Shown here one piece after another: positions 46,506 through 55,530 of a stretch of 58,303 nt of DNA. The notes beneath the pieces are model-generated. The model saw only the letters and a program-made list of their open reading frames with translations, did no database searches and was not told where the DNA came from. Each line of letters starts with the position of its first letter. Positions within the stretch are counted from its first letter, which is position 1. This DNA comes from a virus. Lineage: Duplodnaviria; Caudoviricetes. A program made the position numbers and the translations under genes. The stretch covers positions 1 through 58,303 of IMG/VR virus record IMGVR_UViG_3300003324_000049; one strand, given 5' to 3'.

Positions 46506-47200
46506 GCTGCGTCTGCTTTCGGGAATGTCGAATTGATTAGGAATTTGCGTTGGACTGCTACCACCTGCTTGCCCTTGCGGAGATGGTAGTAACGTCCTCT
46601 GTTATTACGGGAAATAGTTAGGAGCCGCCCAGTATTGATCTCCCGGACGGCTCCCTTCTTGTTTACTTCATAGAGAGGGAAGTTGTGGGCAACCCTCCAG
46701 ACCTTGTGACCGACCGTACTGCCGTCATCAGCCACTGCAGCTTCTTTTCGACGCTCTCTGGCCCTCTGGTTATGGCACTTACGACAATTCCGATACCCAC
46801 GCTTATCGATTAGCGTATTCTCTTCATTGTACTCATGGCCGCGCCTACAGTGAGATTTCTCCTCACGACCCTTAGGAGCTTCCACCACTTTGGGAGTGGG
46901 CTTCAGTTCCGGGAAGGCCAACCATACCAGTTTCTGCCAGGATCGGTTAGTCTGCCTACCGTCTGGTCGAACCAACTTGAAGTACCAAAGATCCGTACCC
47001 GGTCTCTGCGTTTCAAGCAGCAGGTAGCCGGATCGAAGGCTTCGAAGGTCGCCATCCTTAGTGATCTCGTAGTCGGGGAATTCCGGGATTCTCCGAAACT
47101 CTTCTTTACTGAGATCCCTACCGTCAGCAGTCTCTGTCTCTTTCCAGACAGTCCTCTTAACCTCTGTTGGCTGTGATGAAATTCTCACTTCTTGCTCCAC
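46502..47200 (-). CDS. Protein with two NUMOD4-like repeats and a Zn-finger (HC.RGH...R.CR.C)
   Basis: FRRIPEFPDYEIT..G, WRVAHNFPLYEVN..G and SHCRRGHEY...RNCRKC. Confidence 0.75.
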   Translation of the reverse strand: MEQEVRISSQPTEVKRTVWKETETADGRDLSKEEFRRIPEFPDYEITKDGDLRSLRSGYLLLETQRPGTDLWYFKLVRPDGRQTNRSWQKLVWLAFPELKPTPKVVEAPKGREEKSHCRRGHEYNEENTLIDKRGYRNCRKCHNQRARERRKEAAVADDGSTVGHKVWRVAHNFPLYEVNKKGAVREINTGRLLTISRNNRGRYYHLRKGKQVVAVQRKFLINSTFPKADAA

Positions 47201-47700
47201 ATCTGATCGGCAAGCTTCGGACCATCGATGTAGTAGTCCATGCCGTTGATTTTGATCTTGACATTGAACTTCAGCTGATCAATATCCCACCAGTTAGGTT
47301 CAAGGACTTTCTCTTTCCCCTTGATTCGAATAACACCTGTTTGGCTGATTTCGAATGCTCTGGTCGGACCAATTTCAAGATCTCGCCATTCAATCTCGAC
47401 GTTGTCTGTAGGTTCGAGTCCTACCTCTTCGTCTACAGACTCTTCGGTAACCCCGAGCAGTTCCTTCTCCCACTCGGCAAGAGGTTCCTGAATAGGGTCA
47501 TGTCGAAATACTTCCCTACTAATCACCCTAGCCATGTTTGACTTCAAAGCTGGATTGGATGGAAGAAAGAAATTGAGATCCACCTCCAGCGTCTCTCCAG
47601 TCATGAATCCGCTCTGGTCATAAATCGGCAAACGTACGTGCTTCAAATCAGTTCCCCAGCTCTTTCTGTTTCTGTTCAATTGCATCGCGGACTGCATCAT
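47185..47700 (-). CDS. Hypothetical protein with degenerate NUMOD4-like motif (start uncertain)
   Basis: IEWRDL...FEISQTGVIR. Confidence 0.55.
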   Translation of the reverse strand: MMQSAMQLNRNRKSWGTDLKHVRLPIYDQSGFMTGETLEVDLNFFLPSNPALKSNMARVISREVFRHDPIQEPLAEWEKELLGVTEESVDEEVGLEPTDNVEIEWRDLEIGPTRAFEISQTGVIRIKGKEKVLEPNWWDIDQLKFNVKIKINGMDYYIDGPKLADQMWSKK

Positions 47701-47730
47701 CGATTGATACCGCGGGTGTTTCGAAGTAGG

Positions 47731-47952
47731 TCAGATCACTTCCACTAACAGTTTGTAAATCTGTCCGCCGTACGGGTCTTGCATGATCGGGTCGACCACC
47801 CACGTCACTCCCGTTACCAGCCATGTCTTTCCGTCCTTCAGGTCGATGTTGTCGTTGATCCTCGGTGCAAAGGGCATCGGAAACTCGGCAAGCATACTTC
47901 CATCAACCGCATGGATCTCAACACGAATCATTTCTTGACCTTCGCATCCCAA
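47731..47952 (-). CDS. Hypothetical protein
   Basis: PR..D.I....W.V..V.W small beta-domain motif. Confidence 0.6.
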   Translation of the reverse strand: MGCEGQEMIRVEIHAVDGSMLAEFPMPFAPRINDNIDLKDGKTWLVTGVTWVVDPIMQDPYGGQIYKLLVEVI

Positions 47953-48073
47953 ATAATTTCGAAGTTGTCAGTTATCCATTCCTCACTCAGATGGCATTCA
48001 TCCCGAAGTTTCTCGAAAGCAGTCTGATTGATCTGCGCTACGAATGGACTTATCTCAACCAATTGTGATGGAA

Positions 48074-48310
48074 TCATCGCGTCGGGGTGTAGCGCATCGA
48101 GATGTCCGGGAAGGCAAGGTGGATTGCCATCTGAATAGTTATGTACGATCCATCATGCCTACGTATCTCATTTACATTGCAGTAGTCTTTACCGTCGATC
48201 TGTACGTCACCGTCACGACTTACTTTGAGACTGTCGGCGACTCCGGGAACTGATCGAAACTCGTAGTTACGTTCTTTAGTCATCTGAATTCTCCTTGGGC
48301 CATGCAGCAC
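48074..48310 (-). CDS. Hypothetical protein with degenerate NUMOD4-like motif
   Basis: EFRSVPG...VSRDG.V...IHLAFP. Confidence 0.55.
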   Translation of the reverse strand: MLHGPRRIQMTKERNYEFRSVPGVADSLKVSRDGDVQIDGKDYCNVNEIRRHDGSYITIQMAIHLAFPDISMRYTPTR

Positions 48311-48686
48311 TCATGATGCTGTCTAGTGAGATTGTGTGTTTCTGTCCGCTGATCCAGAAGTCAACGAACTCGCCCTCATTGGGCCGGAGCATGTACTTGT
48401 AGGGCTGTGAGGGAGCTTTGGTAGTGGTTCGACGTACCTGCCGGTTAGCGTTTACCTCGTACTCAGGAAACCCCGGGACAGGCCTCCAGTCGAGCTCCCG
48501 CTGTTCATTGCGTTCGATATCAGCCAACCGACCATAACCTTTCGCTCGAGCCATAATGGATGGTTTAGGTGTCATTACGTCCCCATCGAATCGCATCGCT
48601 CTGATCTTCAAGAGCTCGTTGAGCCTTCTCAATTTGAAATTGTTCCCACTCCTCTTGCTGAATTTCAACAGTCTCATCCATAGCAT
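48276..48686 (-). CDS. NUMOD4-like protein (start probably MTPKPS)
   Basis: DWRPVPGFPEYEVN. Confidence 0.65.
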   Translation of the reverse strand: MLWMRLLKFSKRSGNNFKLRRLNELLKIRAMRFDGDVMTPKPSIMARAKGYGRLADIERNEQRELDWRPVPGFPEYEVNANRQVRRTTTKAPSQPYKYMLRPNEGEFVDFWISGQKHTISLDSIMSAAWPKENSDD

Positions 48687-49023
48687 CTTTGATTAGACCT
48701 TCGATTGTTATCGGTCCAACCGGCTCCCACTCCTTCTTATCCTCATTCCAAGTAAGATCAGAGGTTGACCCGTACTCGTCCAGGAGATTGAGAGCCAGCT
48801 CCCATGCAACTTGCCAAGGAACGCAAGAGATCGTGAAGTTTTTGAAGAACTCATCGGCCTTGTCATTCTCAACAGCGTAGTCATCTGCACAATCACTGCA
48901 GTGAACGGCCAGTGTTGACCAAAAGGCATTACCCGCATTGTCGAGTTCTTTGGTGTAGTGACCCTCGGTCTCATCGATAATCGTGGTACCTACGGGAAGT
49001 TCGGAAGGCTTGAAGATAGTCAT
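48565..49023 (-). CDS. Acidic hypothetical protein (MTIFKP...)
   Basis: RBS GAAAGGAG before ATG 49023. Confidence 0.7.
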   Translation of the reverse strand: MTIFKPSELPVGTTIIDETEGHYTKELDNAGNAFWSTLAVHCSDCADDYAVENDKADEFFKNFTISCVPWQVAWELALNLLDEYGSTSDLTWNEDKKEWEPVGPITIEGLIKDAMDETVEIQQEEWEQFQIEKAQRALEDQSDAIRWGRNDT

Positions 49024-49049
49024 CTGTTTACTCCTTTCAAGAGTGAAAA

Positions 49050-49108
49050 AGATAAGAGACCTTGTTACGGGTCTCTTATCTCTCATTATAAACTGTGTAG
49101 ATCTTGCG
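49050..49108 (-). promoter_or_regulatory. Cassette-type promoter followed immediately by a terminator hairpin
   Basis: CGCAAGATCTACACAGTTTATAATGAGA, then AGATAAGAGACC-CGTAACAA-GGTCTCTTATCT and TTTT. Confidence 0.75.
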
Positions 49109-49324
49109 TTAGAACGAGAATTCGGGGATAGTAGAGAGCAGATCATTAGGACTCTTAATCCAAACAAGACTGTCCTTACGCAATGGATACCACTGCTTCC
49201 CGAACTGCTCTCTACGTATTAGCCGAGTCTTAGTATCGGCATGACGCACATCCCCATACTGATTGATCTCGTACAAAGGAAAGTCGGGGAGAACCTTCCA
49301 CTTCTGCCTGGGTTTCTTAGGCAT
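49109..49324 (-). CDS. NUMOD4-like protein
   Basis: KWKVLPDFPLYEINQYGDVR. Confidence 0.7.
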   Translation of the reverse strand: MPKKPRQKWKVLPDFPLYEINQYGDVRHADTKTRLIRREQFGKQWYPLRKDSLVWIKSPNDLLSTIPEFSF

Positions 49325-49574
49325 GGCTGAAGAGAGGACTGGTCGGAATGCCTTCCTTCGGCATCAGTTCGATCCAGTCATTTGCCAGCTTCTTGCCCGT
49401 TCGGAAGTACTTGTCCGAAAGAGCTGCAGGCTTCAACACGCCCTCATACTGGGAGTTCCCATCACCTGCCACGAGATACATTCCGGAGGAGAGCTCAAGC
49501 TCGCCCTGATCCATGTGGAACTGAGCTTCCAGCTTCGCCTTGTTATCCTTGGTGATTCGGATTGCTTTCATCAT
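49317..49574 (-). CDS. Hypothetical protein
   Basis: Coupled ORF with RBS. Confidence 0.6.
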   Translation of the reverse strand: MMKAIRITKDNKAKLEAQFHMDQGELELSSGMYLVAGDGNSQYEGVLKPAALSDKYFRTGKKLANDWIELMPKEGIPTSPLFSHA

Positions 49575-49789
49575 TACTGGTAATTCCTTTTCAATAGATG
49601 ACGGTTCTTTGCGGTGTAGCTGATGGCCTGAGCTACGAGAACCATGTCGACTGGACGGTTGATGTGGAAACTGTGCTCCAAAGCCAAAGCGAAGATACGC
49701 CTTCCTACGGCCATAGGCAGTTCTACTCGCCTACACATCAGCGTAATCATAGTCTGGTTACCGTACTTTGGCTGTGGATTCTCACTCAC
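49574..49789 (-). CDS. Hypothetical protein
   Basis: GTGA coupling to the helicase stop. Confidence 0.55.
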   Translation of the reverse strand: MSENPQPKYGNQTMITLMCRRVELPMAVGRRIFALALEHSFHINRPVDMVLVAQAISYTAKNRHLLKRNYQ

Positions 49790-51015
49790 AGTGCTTTCAC
49801 CAAATCCTTTTCATTGAAGTTCTTCTTCTCCATGATTGAGCGCATGATCGCTTTATCAATCAGACTGTTTGACCTCAGGATGTAGTAGTACAAATCCTTG
49901 TACGGCGTATTCAATCGATCGATACGTCCCTTCGACTGATGGTTTATCTTGTAGCTGTAGTTTAGAGAGAAGAATGCCATTGCATCCGTGGTAATACAGT
50001 TCCAACCTTCAGCTCCTGCCGTGTACTGGACGAGATAGACCCACTTCTTTGACTTAGGGACTTCCTCATGTTTATGCCCATTCCACTCGGCGGACTTTAT
50101 ACCATGAAGTTTAGCCAGGGTCCTAAGATCGTCGAGTTCGTAGTTGAAATTGTAGAAGACGATGAGTCGGTTGTGCTGATCAAGAAGCTCGGAGATGGCT
50201 TTAAGACGGGAGGTGTGGGAGTTAACCAGTTTCCTCGCCACAATGAAGAGTTCGCCAACGTCTCTGAGGGGTCGATCCTCATAGATATGCCAGCGGTCTT
50301 GCCATACCCTCTTGAATAGCGTCTCATCGTGTCGTACCGGAACGTACTTAATGTGGCGGGTGGTATGGCGGGGGTACGGCATATAGACAGTAATCTGTCT
50401 CTTATACCGCATAAGAATTCCCGTATCAACGAAGCGTTCAATCTTAGGAAATTTAGAAAAGCGCTTGTAAACAGCGTGTTGATTGGTGAACTCGGTTTTG
50501 TTCTTGTAGAAACCATTAGCCACGAACACTGGACAGTAGTCCATCCATGTGTCTCCTGGAGTGGCCGAAAGTAAGATCCACTCATTATGCTTTGCAATCT
50601 TGAGAAACGCCTTGACCCAACTGCCCGATCCCACAAGTCTCTGCTCGTCAAAGATGAAGAATGCATTCTCTACATCCTGATACTTTGCGATGTTATTCCA
50701 CGAGTCCACGAAGACCTGTGTCCCCGAGTGTCCCAACTCGAATTTAGTCGAGAGACCGAAGGGAGCACACTCTTCTTCCCACTCCAGCTTGTCACGTTTC
50801 TTCGCTGTGGTGATGATATATAGGTCTCGAGGGCGTTGCATAGCTTCGAAATCGCCGAAACCATTGACTCGTACATTTCCCTTACATACTTTAAGCAAGT
50901 AGTAAGCGACTGCTGTACGCGACTTACCTGTTCCAACGTCTCCGTTGAGAATACAACCATTCTTCATCTCCTCGATTGCTTTAAGCTGATGTTTTGCTAG
51001 TTCTACCGCAGGCAT
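49786..51015 (-). CDS. SF2 (SNF2-like) DNA helicase
   Basis: GDVGTGKS, FIFDEQ, LLSATP, GAEGWN and Q.KGRIDR. Confidence 0.9.
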   Translation of the reverse strand: MPAVELAKHQLKAIEEMKNGCILNGDVGTGKSRTAVAYYLLKVCKGNVRVNGFGDFEAMQRPRDLYIITTAKKRDKLEWEEECAPFGLSTKFELGHSGTQVFVDSWNNIAKYQDVENAFFIFDEQRLVGSGSWVKAFLKIAKHNEWILLSATPGDTWMDYCPVFVANGFYKNKTEFTNQHAVYKRFSKFPKIERFVDTGILMRYKRQITVYMPYPRHTTRHIKYVPVRHDETLFKRVWQDRWHIYEDRPLRDVGELFIVARKLVNSHTSRLKAISELLDQHNRLIVFYNFNYELDDLRTLAKLHGIKSAEWNGHKHEEVPKSKKWVYLVQYTAGAEGWNCITTDAMAFFSLNYSYKINHQSKGRIDRLNTPYKDLYYYILRSNSLIDKAIMRSIMEKKNFNEKDLVKAL

Positions 51016-51302
51016 TACCCACCATGCTCAGACCAGTATCGAGCTTCTTCCAGTTGTGTGTCATAGCCCGGACAGTTAAAACTATCCTGGCTCAATTGAA
51101 CAACATGGTGTGCATGATGATCGATCTTCCATCCACAGGATTTGGTTTTTAGTTCAGGCATTCCATTCCTTAACTTCTTGAAAAGCATTCTCATATGTCC
51201 ATCCTGGACACTGATAGGTAGTACTCCCAGCATAAATACCAGGATCGCGATAGAACATATGACCGTAGTGGGGTGTTTGAATTCCACAAAATCGGTGAAC
51301 AT
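51015..51302 (-). CDS. Small protein with CG-x4-H-x2-H...CPGY motif (start uncertain)
   Basis: SCGWKIDHHAH...NCPGY. Confidence 0.5.
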   Translation of the reverse strand: MFTDFVEFKHPTTVICSIAILVFMLGVLPISVQDGHMRMLFKKLRNGMPELKTKSCGWKIDHHAHHVVQLSQDSFNCPGYDTQLEEARYWSEHGG

Positions 51303-51419
51303 GCAACAACATTAGATCTGAGAAGAGACGACGTGCACCCAACCCATAGGGGTGTCTTCCTTGCATCCCGTGCAATTGGTGTTGGTGCAATCACAAATAA
51401 TAATCACAGCTTGTCCTTA

Positions 51420-51953
51420 TTAATCGTAGTAATCAAAGGTATAACCCATATGAGAACGACGGTCCCCCCGAAGGCACGCGTAAACACTCCCATAATCTCC
51501 ATCGATAAAATTTGCACAATCACGAGCAGTCCGAAAGACCTGTCCGGTCTCCTTGATCAATACTCGACGTCCGCCCCGAGGTCGAATGATCCTAGGTGAT
51601 TCGTAACGAACTTGCTTTCGAAGGCAAAGATTATCGACGGCATTATTCAATTTGTTTTTGTCATAGTGTGTGACTTGTTCCCTCGGGTTGTACTCAGGAA
51701 AGAACGCCGAGGCAACTAGGCGGTGTACGTAGAAATCTCGTACACGACCTTCGAATGAGAGAGAAACTCGTAGAAGCCCATCTTCATTCGGGCGCAACTG
51801 CAGTAGTCTGTCGCGCTGTAAATTTGCTACGCGGCCAAGGTTGCTGACTGCGTAGTTTGGGTAGCCCTCAATCTCTACCCATTCTTCTTGCATTAAGACT
51901 GAGACCCTTTCAAAATCCGCGATAAAAGCAGGGGTGAGATGCTTAGATCCCAC
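51420..51953 (-). CDS. NUMOD4-HNH homing endonuclease-like protein
   Basis: EEWVEIEGYPNYAVSNLGRV, VHRLVA.AF and H.D.NK.NN.V.NL; C-terminal NUMOD1-like HTH. Confidence 0.85.
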   Translation of the reverse strand: MGSKHLTPAFIADFERVSVLMQEEWVEIEGYPNYAVSNLGRVANLQRDRLLQLRPNEDGLLRVSLSFEGRVRDFYVHRLVASAFFPEYNPREQVTHYDKNKLNNAVDNLCLRKQVRYESPRIIRPRGGRRVLIKETGQVFRTARDCANFIDGDYGSVYACLRGDRRSHMGYTFDYYD

Positions 51954-51982
51954 CCCTGCTCTCTATTTAATTGTCTATTTAG

Positions 51983-52207
51983 TTAGGCTACCCTGCGTGG
52001 TTTTCGTATGTTTCGCTTGAAGCGAGGACGTGAGACCCTTGCTTTGTTAAGTGAGACTACTTCCGCAATGTGCCCAGTAGCCAGATGATCCCGGCTCTCC
52101 TGAGTGAGAACCCACTTATCCGGATGCATTTCCGGATCTCTAAAGTGGTAGCGCAATTCGAAATTGCACTTCGGACATGCTGGCTTGAATACTGGTTTAA
52201 GACTCAC
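51983..52207 (-). CDS. Small Zn-binding basic protein
   Basis: CPKC...H motif. Confidence 0.55.
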   Translation of the reverse strand: MSLKPVFKPACPKCNFELRYHFRDPEMHPDKWVLTQESRDHLATGHIAEVVSLNKARVSRPRFKRNIRKPRRVA

Positions 52208-52237
52208 CTTTGAACTGCCCCCTGTATTACTTTCTAC

Positions 52238-52513
52238 TTAGACCTGGTTGTACTCTGCATCTAGTTCTTGCTGACGGACTACCGCGAAGCTGCCGTCTTG
52301 TTTGTGCATAATCCAGTCCCCTACGTATGCGTATTGGAACTTGTAAAGCTGATCACTATCGATCTTGATATGTTCAGCAAAGCGTCCGTTTTGAGGTCTC
52401 CAACTCGAACGCCCTTCATGGGATTGAATCCAGAATGTTAGATCAGTTCCATTTTGTATCCCACCAGTAAACTGACGGGCATCGACTGTTTCAATTTTTT
52501 GGAACGTAGGCAT
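52238..52513 (-). CDS. Phage hypothetical protein (A.QF.G / GDWI family)
   Basis: DARQFTG...VGDWI. Confidence 0.7.
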   Translation of the reverse strand: MPTFQKIETVDARQFTGGIQNGTDLTFWIQSHEGRSSWRPQNGRFAEHIKIDSDQLYKFQYAYVGDWIMHKQDGSFAVVRQQELDAEYNQV

Positions 52514-53112
52514 TATACGTTCGCAAAGGAGAAGTGGATTGGCCTCTTACCATCCTCATCCAGCGGATCATCATTCATAGTGAACGTCTTTCCTCCATCA
52601 GCTGAGAAGCAACGACCATCCCTCTTGTTTTGCCAGATACCTCCTGGAGCTCCCCAAATCTCAGGACCATGATAGAACCACTCATTTGGGTCATCCGTAA
52701 TTGGCGATAGAGGCATGTAGTTCAAGAGACGGGTCAACGATGGCATAACAGCCATGTGGGAACCACCCGAATGACCGAAGGATGAATATTCTTTGATCAC
52801 TCGTACATACCAGTCAATGACATTTTTCTCTTCACCGATGAGTTCGAGTTCGTGACGGGCATGGGCTATGAGATTATTCTCGCCCTTATATCGCTCTCGA
52901 ATCCATTTCCATGAGTTCCACCCAAAGACTGCTGAGTAGAACATGGCGGTCACGAAGAATGCCGGTTGATGCGAGAGTATCGCATAGGCGATCCAGAGAA
53001 CCTGGCAGCCGAGGTTTACAAGCCAAGCCCACCAGACCTTGTTGCCTGCGAGGATGAACCCGGTGATTCCTACAGCACCGAGTACCCAGGTTAGAATTTG
53101 TATGTTGTCCAT
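52513..53112 (-). CDS. PnuC-like three-TM domain fused to a HSGGS/PLSP.TD domain
   Basis: N-terminal W-rich TMs; AR.EL...F.HSG.S...PLSPITD.P.EW. Confidence 0.65.
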   Translation of the reverse strand: MDNIQILTWVLGAVGITGFILAGNKVWWAWLVNLGCQVLWIAYAILSHQPAFFVTAMFYSAVFGWNSWKWIRERYKGENNLIAHARHELELIGEEKNVIDWYVRVIKEYSSFGHSGGSHMAVMPSLTRLLNYMPLSPITDDPNEWFYHGPEIWGAPGGIWQNKRDGRCFSADGGKTFTMNDDPLDEDGKRPIHFSFANV

Positions 53113-53435
53113 TAACTTTTTACCTCTTCGTATTCGTTGTTTTTCGCATGGTCTGGAAGACGATTGAACTGGTGGTTGAAGGTGTCGAGATATACCCATT
53201 CTCCGGGATAGACCTGAATAGAACGCCCATCTCTCGAATTGACTTGGATGAAGCCTTCTCGGGTATCCTCAGCCCAAGGGGTTAGAATTAGTCCTGCAGA
53301 TCCCCCATTGATGAGAACCCACTGAACAATTCGTTCAACGGCCTCGGGGCCATTGTAGTGCATTGCTGGATGTATCGGCGCAACACGCTTAATGTGTTTG
53401 ATATGTTCGCTAAGGTCACCGATATTGAAAGTCAT
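53112..53435 (-). CDS. Phage hypothetical protein (A.QF.G family)
   Basis: PAMHYNG...PGEWV. Confidence 0.65.
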   Translation of the reverse strand: MTFNIGDLSEHIKHIKRVAPIHPAMHYNGPEAVERIVQWVLINGGSAGLILTPWAEDTREGFIQVNSRDGRSIQVYPGEWVYLDTFNHQFNRLPDHAKNNEYEEVKS

Positions 53436-53794
53436 ATCTTCACCTCTTCATAGATCGCTTCGAAAATGTCCTTGTTTGTGATGTAGTAGTCTCCATCACG
53501 TTCGACCACATAGTCGCCGAGATAGCATTGGTCAACACCGAGCTCGACTCTCTCGCCAGTCTCCTCATTGAGTCCGAACTCTCGGACAAGCTTGAGATGT
53601 TCGGGGATGATGATCTCTTCAGCCTCACCATCTTCGTTCTCGAACCACTGATCAGTCTTCTCCTGATCAACCCAGTAAGTGTAGATATCCTTACCGGTAA
53701 GGAAGCCAATGATCCAGATGGTGTTCTCGTCACCTTTGCCATTAAACTGGATGGCCTGGCATCGAGTTCCATCGGCGCGCTTATAGTACTTCAT
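53432..53794 (-). CDS. Phage hypothetical protein (A.QF.G family)
   Basis: QAIQFNG...LGDYVV....Y...KDIFEAIYE. Confidence 0.7.
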   Translation of the reverse strand: MKYYKRADGTRCQAIQFNGKGDENTIWIIGFLTGKDIYTYWVDQEKTDQWFENEDGEAEEIIIPEHLKLVREFGLNEETGERVELGVDQCYLGDYVVERDGDYYITNKDIFEAIYEEVKI

Positions 53795-53806
53795 CTAATT
53801 TCTCCT

Positions 53807-54139
53807 TTAGTCGCGGGGAGGACAACCACATGTCGGGCAAGTAATACCTTTAACCGTTCGATTAGGTCCGGCGCAGGTGGGGCAAAGCAGAGCTTGATCG
53901 TACTCGTTGATGAGAAGACCGAAGGCATTTGGTTTTTCCATGAGAATGGAGTAGATCGCCATTGACGATAAAACTCCTCCACGGAACCATTCCCACTGCT
54001 CTTGGGTGATTCTGGGATCGTCTTGGAGTTTCTGTGTAAGCTCGACGGATCGTCTGAGAATTCCATACAACTCCTTAGCAATCGGATCGTTCTCGAGTTG
54101 TGGATTACCCGAGACTTGTTTCTTTTTCTTCTGAGCCAT
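53807..54139 (-). CDS. Protein with C-terminal Zn-ribbon
   Basis: CPTC...CPTC. Confidence 0.65.
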   Translation of the reverse strand: MAQKKKKQVSGNPQLENDPIAKELYGILRRSVELTQKLQDDPRITQEQWEWFRGGVLSSMAIYSILMEKPNAFGLLINEYDQALLCPTCAGPNRTVKGITCPTCGCPPRD

Positions 54140-54200
54140 CTGTCTCTTTCAAGAGTTATAAGGGGCGGCAGGACTATCCCACCGCCCCTCAAGGTATTAC

Positions 54201-54785
54201 TTAGAAGCCGCGCTCGAGTTCGAGAGGAGCCTCTTCGAGGATGTCGTCTCCTCCGGGAGTCCCCCACGGATCATTTGCTGCACCCGATTCGAGAGCGAGC
54301 ACGTTGCCCTTCATGTCTGCCTCAGGGATCTCGGCATACTTGCGCTCCAACTCATCCTCACGGATGGTGACGTAGAGAGCATTCAGGTAGTTGGTGACTC
54401 CCTGTTTTCCATTCCAGTCATACTGGTTTGCCCGAACGATAGCATCGACCTTCTCGATGTTTGCGTAGTCGAGAGCAAACAGAGAATCCTCATCGAGGGT
54501 TACCTGCTTGGTTCCCTGCTGAATCAACATCTTGATACGAGGCTTGGACCGCTCAGTGTATTTGATCTTTACTGGAAGAACAGCTCGTGCCGGGTATTCC
54601 TCGGTTGCCTCACTGATTTTAACCTTGTATCCCATATCGGCCAAGGCTGATGCTTGATCCAAATCGAGAATGATTGCAAAGTTACGATCCCCAGCATTGT
54701 TGTACATGCGCTGCTCACCCGAGAAGTTCTTCCAGGTAATCTGGGCGTTCTCGATGGTGACGTTCTCAATGTAGCGCTTAGTCAT
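54201..54785 (-). CDS. ssb: Single-stranded DNA-binding protein
   Basis: IENA.I.W.NFSG...N..G.RNF, D.I....Y.....G...YL..LYVTI; acidic C-terminus. Confidence 0.75.
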   Translation of the reverse strand: MTKRYIENVTIENAQITWKNFSGEQRMYNNAGDRNFAIILDLDQASALADMGYKVKISEATEEYPARAVLPVKIKYTERSKPRIKMLIQQGTKQVTLDEDSLFALDYANIEKVDAIVRANQYDWNGKQGVTNYLNALYVTIREDELERKYAEIPEADMKGNVLALESGAANDPWGTPGGDDILEEAPLELERGF

Positions 54786-54926
54786 GATTTTTAGTTCTCC
54801 TAGAACTGATATTTGATTTAGAGTGAGTGTTGCGGTGACCCGAGTCAGGTAGGACCAGATGTGCCCAACACGGCCAGCACTCTAACCCAGGTTCTTATCT
54901 GCCGTTTCAGACCGCTAAGATTTGGG

Positions 54927-55169
54927 TTAGAACTTGTTGATCGTGGGAGTCACGAATGCTTCGGGTTCTTTATACTTCGTCATGATCGAAAGGTTCTCGG
55001 TGACACCTTCCGTAAACTTCTTTGCCAAGACCGGGGAAGTGATGGATGCTACCAGCATTCCCGTGTGATCGATCTGAGCATTTCCCACCTTCTCCCCATC
55101 AACCATGACAGGGACGGACTGCTTGCACCAGCAAGGTCCATTAACGGTGTGGGGTTGTGCACTATTCAA
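54927..55169 (-). CDS. Hypothetical protein
   Basis: H....CWC motif; RBS GGAG. Confidence 0.5.
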   Translation of the reverse strand: MNSAQPHTVNGPCWCKQSVPVMVDGEKVGNAQIDHTGMLVASITSPVLAKKFTEGVTENLSIMTKYKEPEAFVTPTINKF

Positions 55170-55265
55170 TTTTTGCTTTCTCCGTAATAATGGGGACGGT
55201 TTTGGTGTCTACTGTAACCACCTCTCCGTCAACGATTTTTTCGATTGGGATTTCAATGCTTTCGG

Positions 55266-55481
55266 TCACTTCTTTGCTCTCCTCAAAAGTGCCTTCCGCA
55301 TGACCTCAACACACTTGGTGCAGAGATCAAGATCGAACAGGCGAGTGTGGTTTGTGTTTCCTACGATATGAGCCCAGTCTTCGGGCAACGTGTTTCGTCG
55401 AGGATGCCCAGCCACATCTTCTTCGGGCGAAGTTTCATGACAGTTGTCGCATTCAAAATGCACTACTTCTTTTTTCATCAT
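55266..55481 (-). CDS. Small Zn-finger protein
   Basis: CDNC...DLCTKC; RBS GAAGGAG. Confidence 0.7.
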   Translation of the reverse strand: MMKKEVVHFECDNCHETSPEEDVAGHPRRNTLPEDWAHIVGNTNHTRLFDLDLCTKCVEVMRKALLRRAKK

Positions 55482-55530
55482 CTACTCCTTCAAGAATGAG
55501 TGGGGCCTGTACTAGCACCCCACTCTTATT

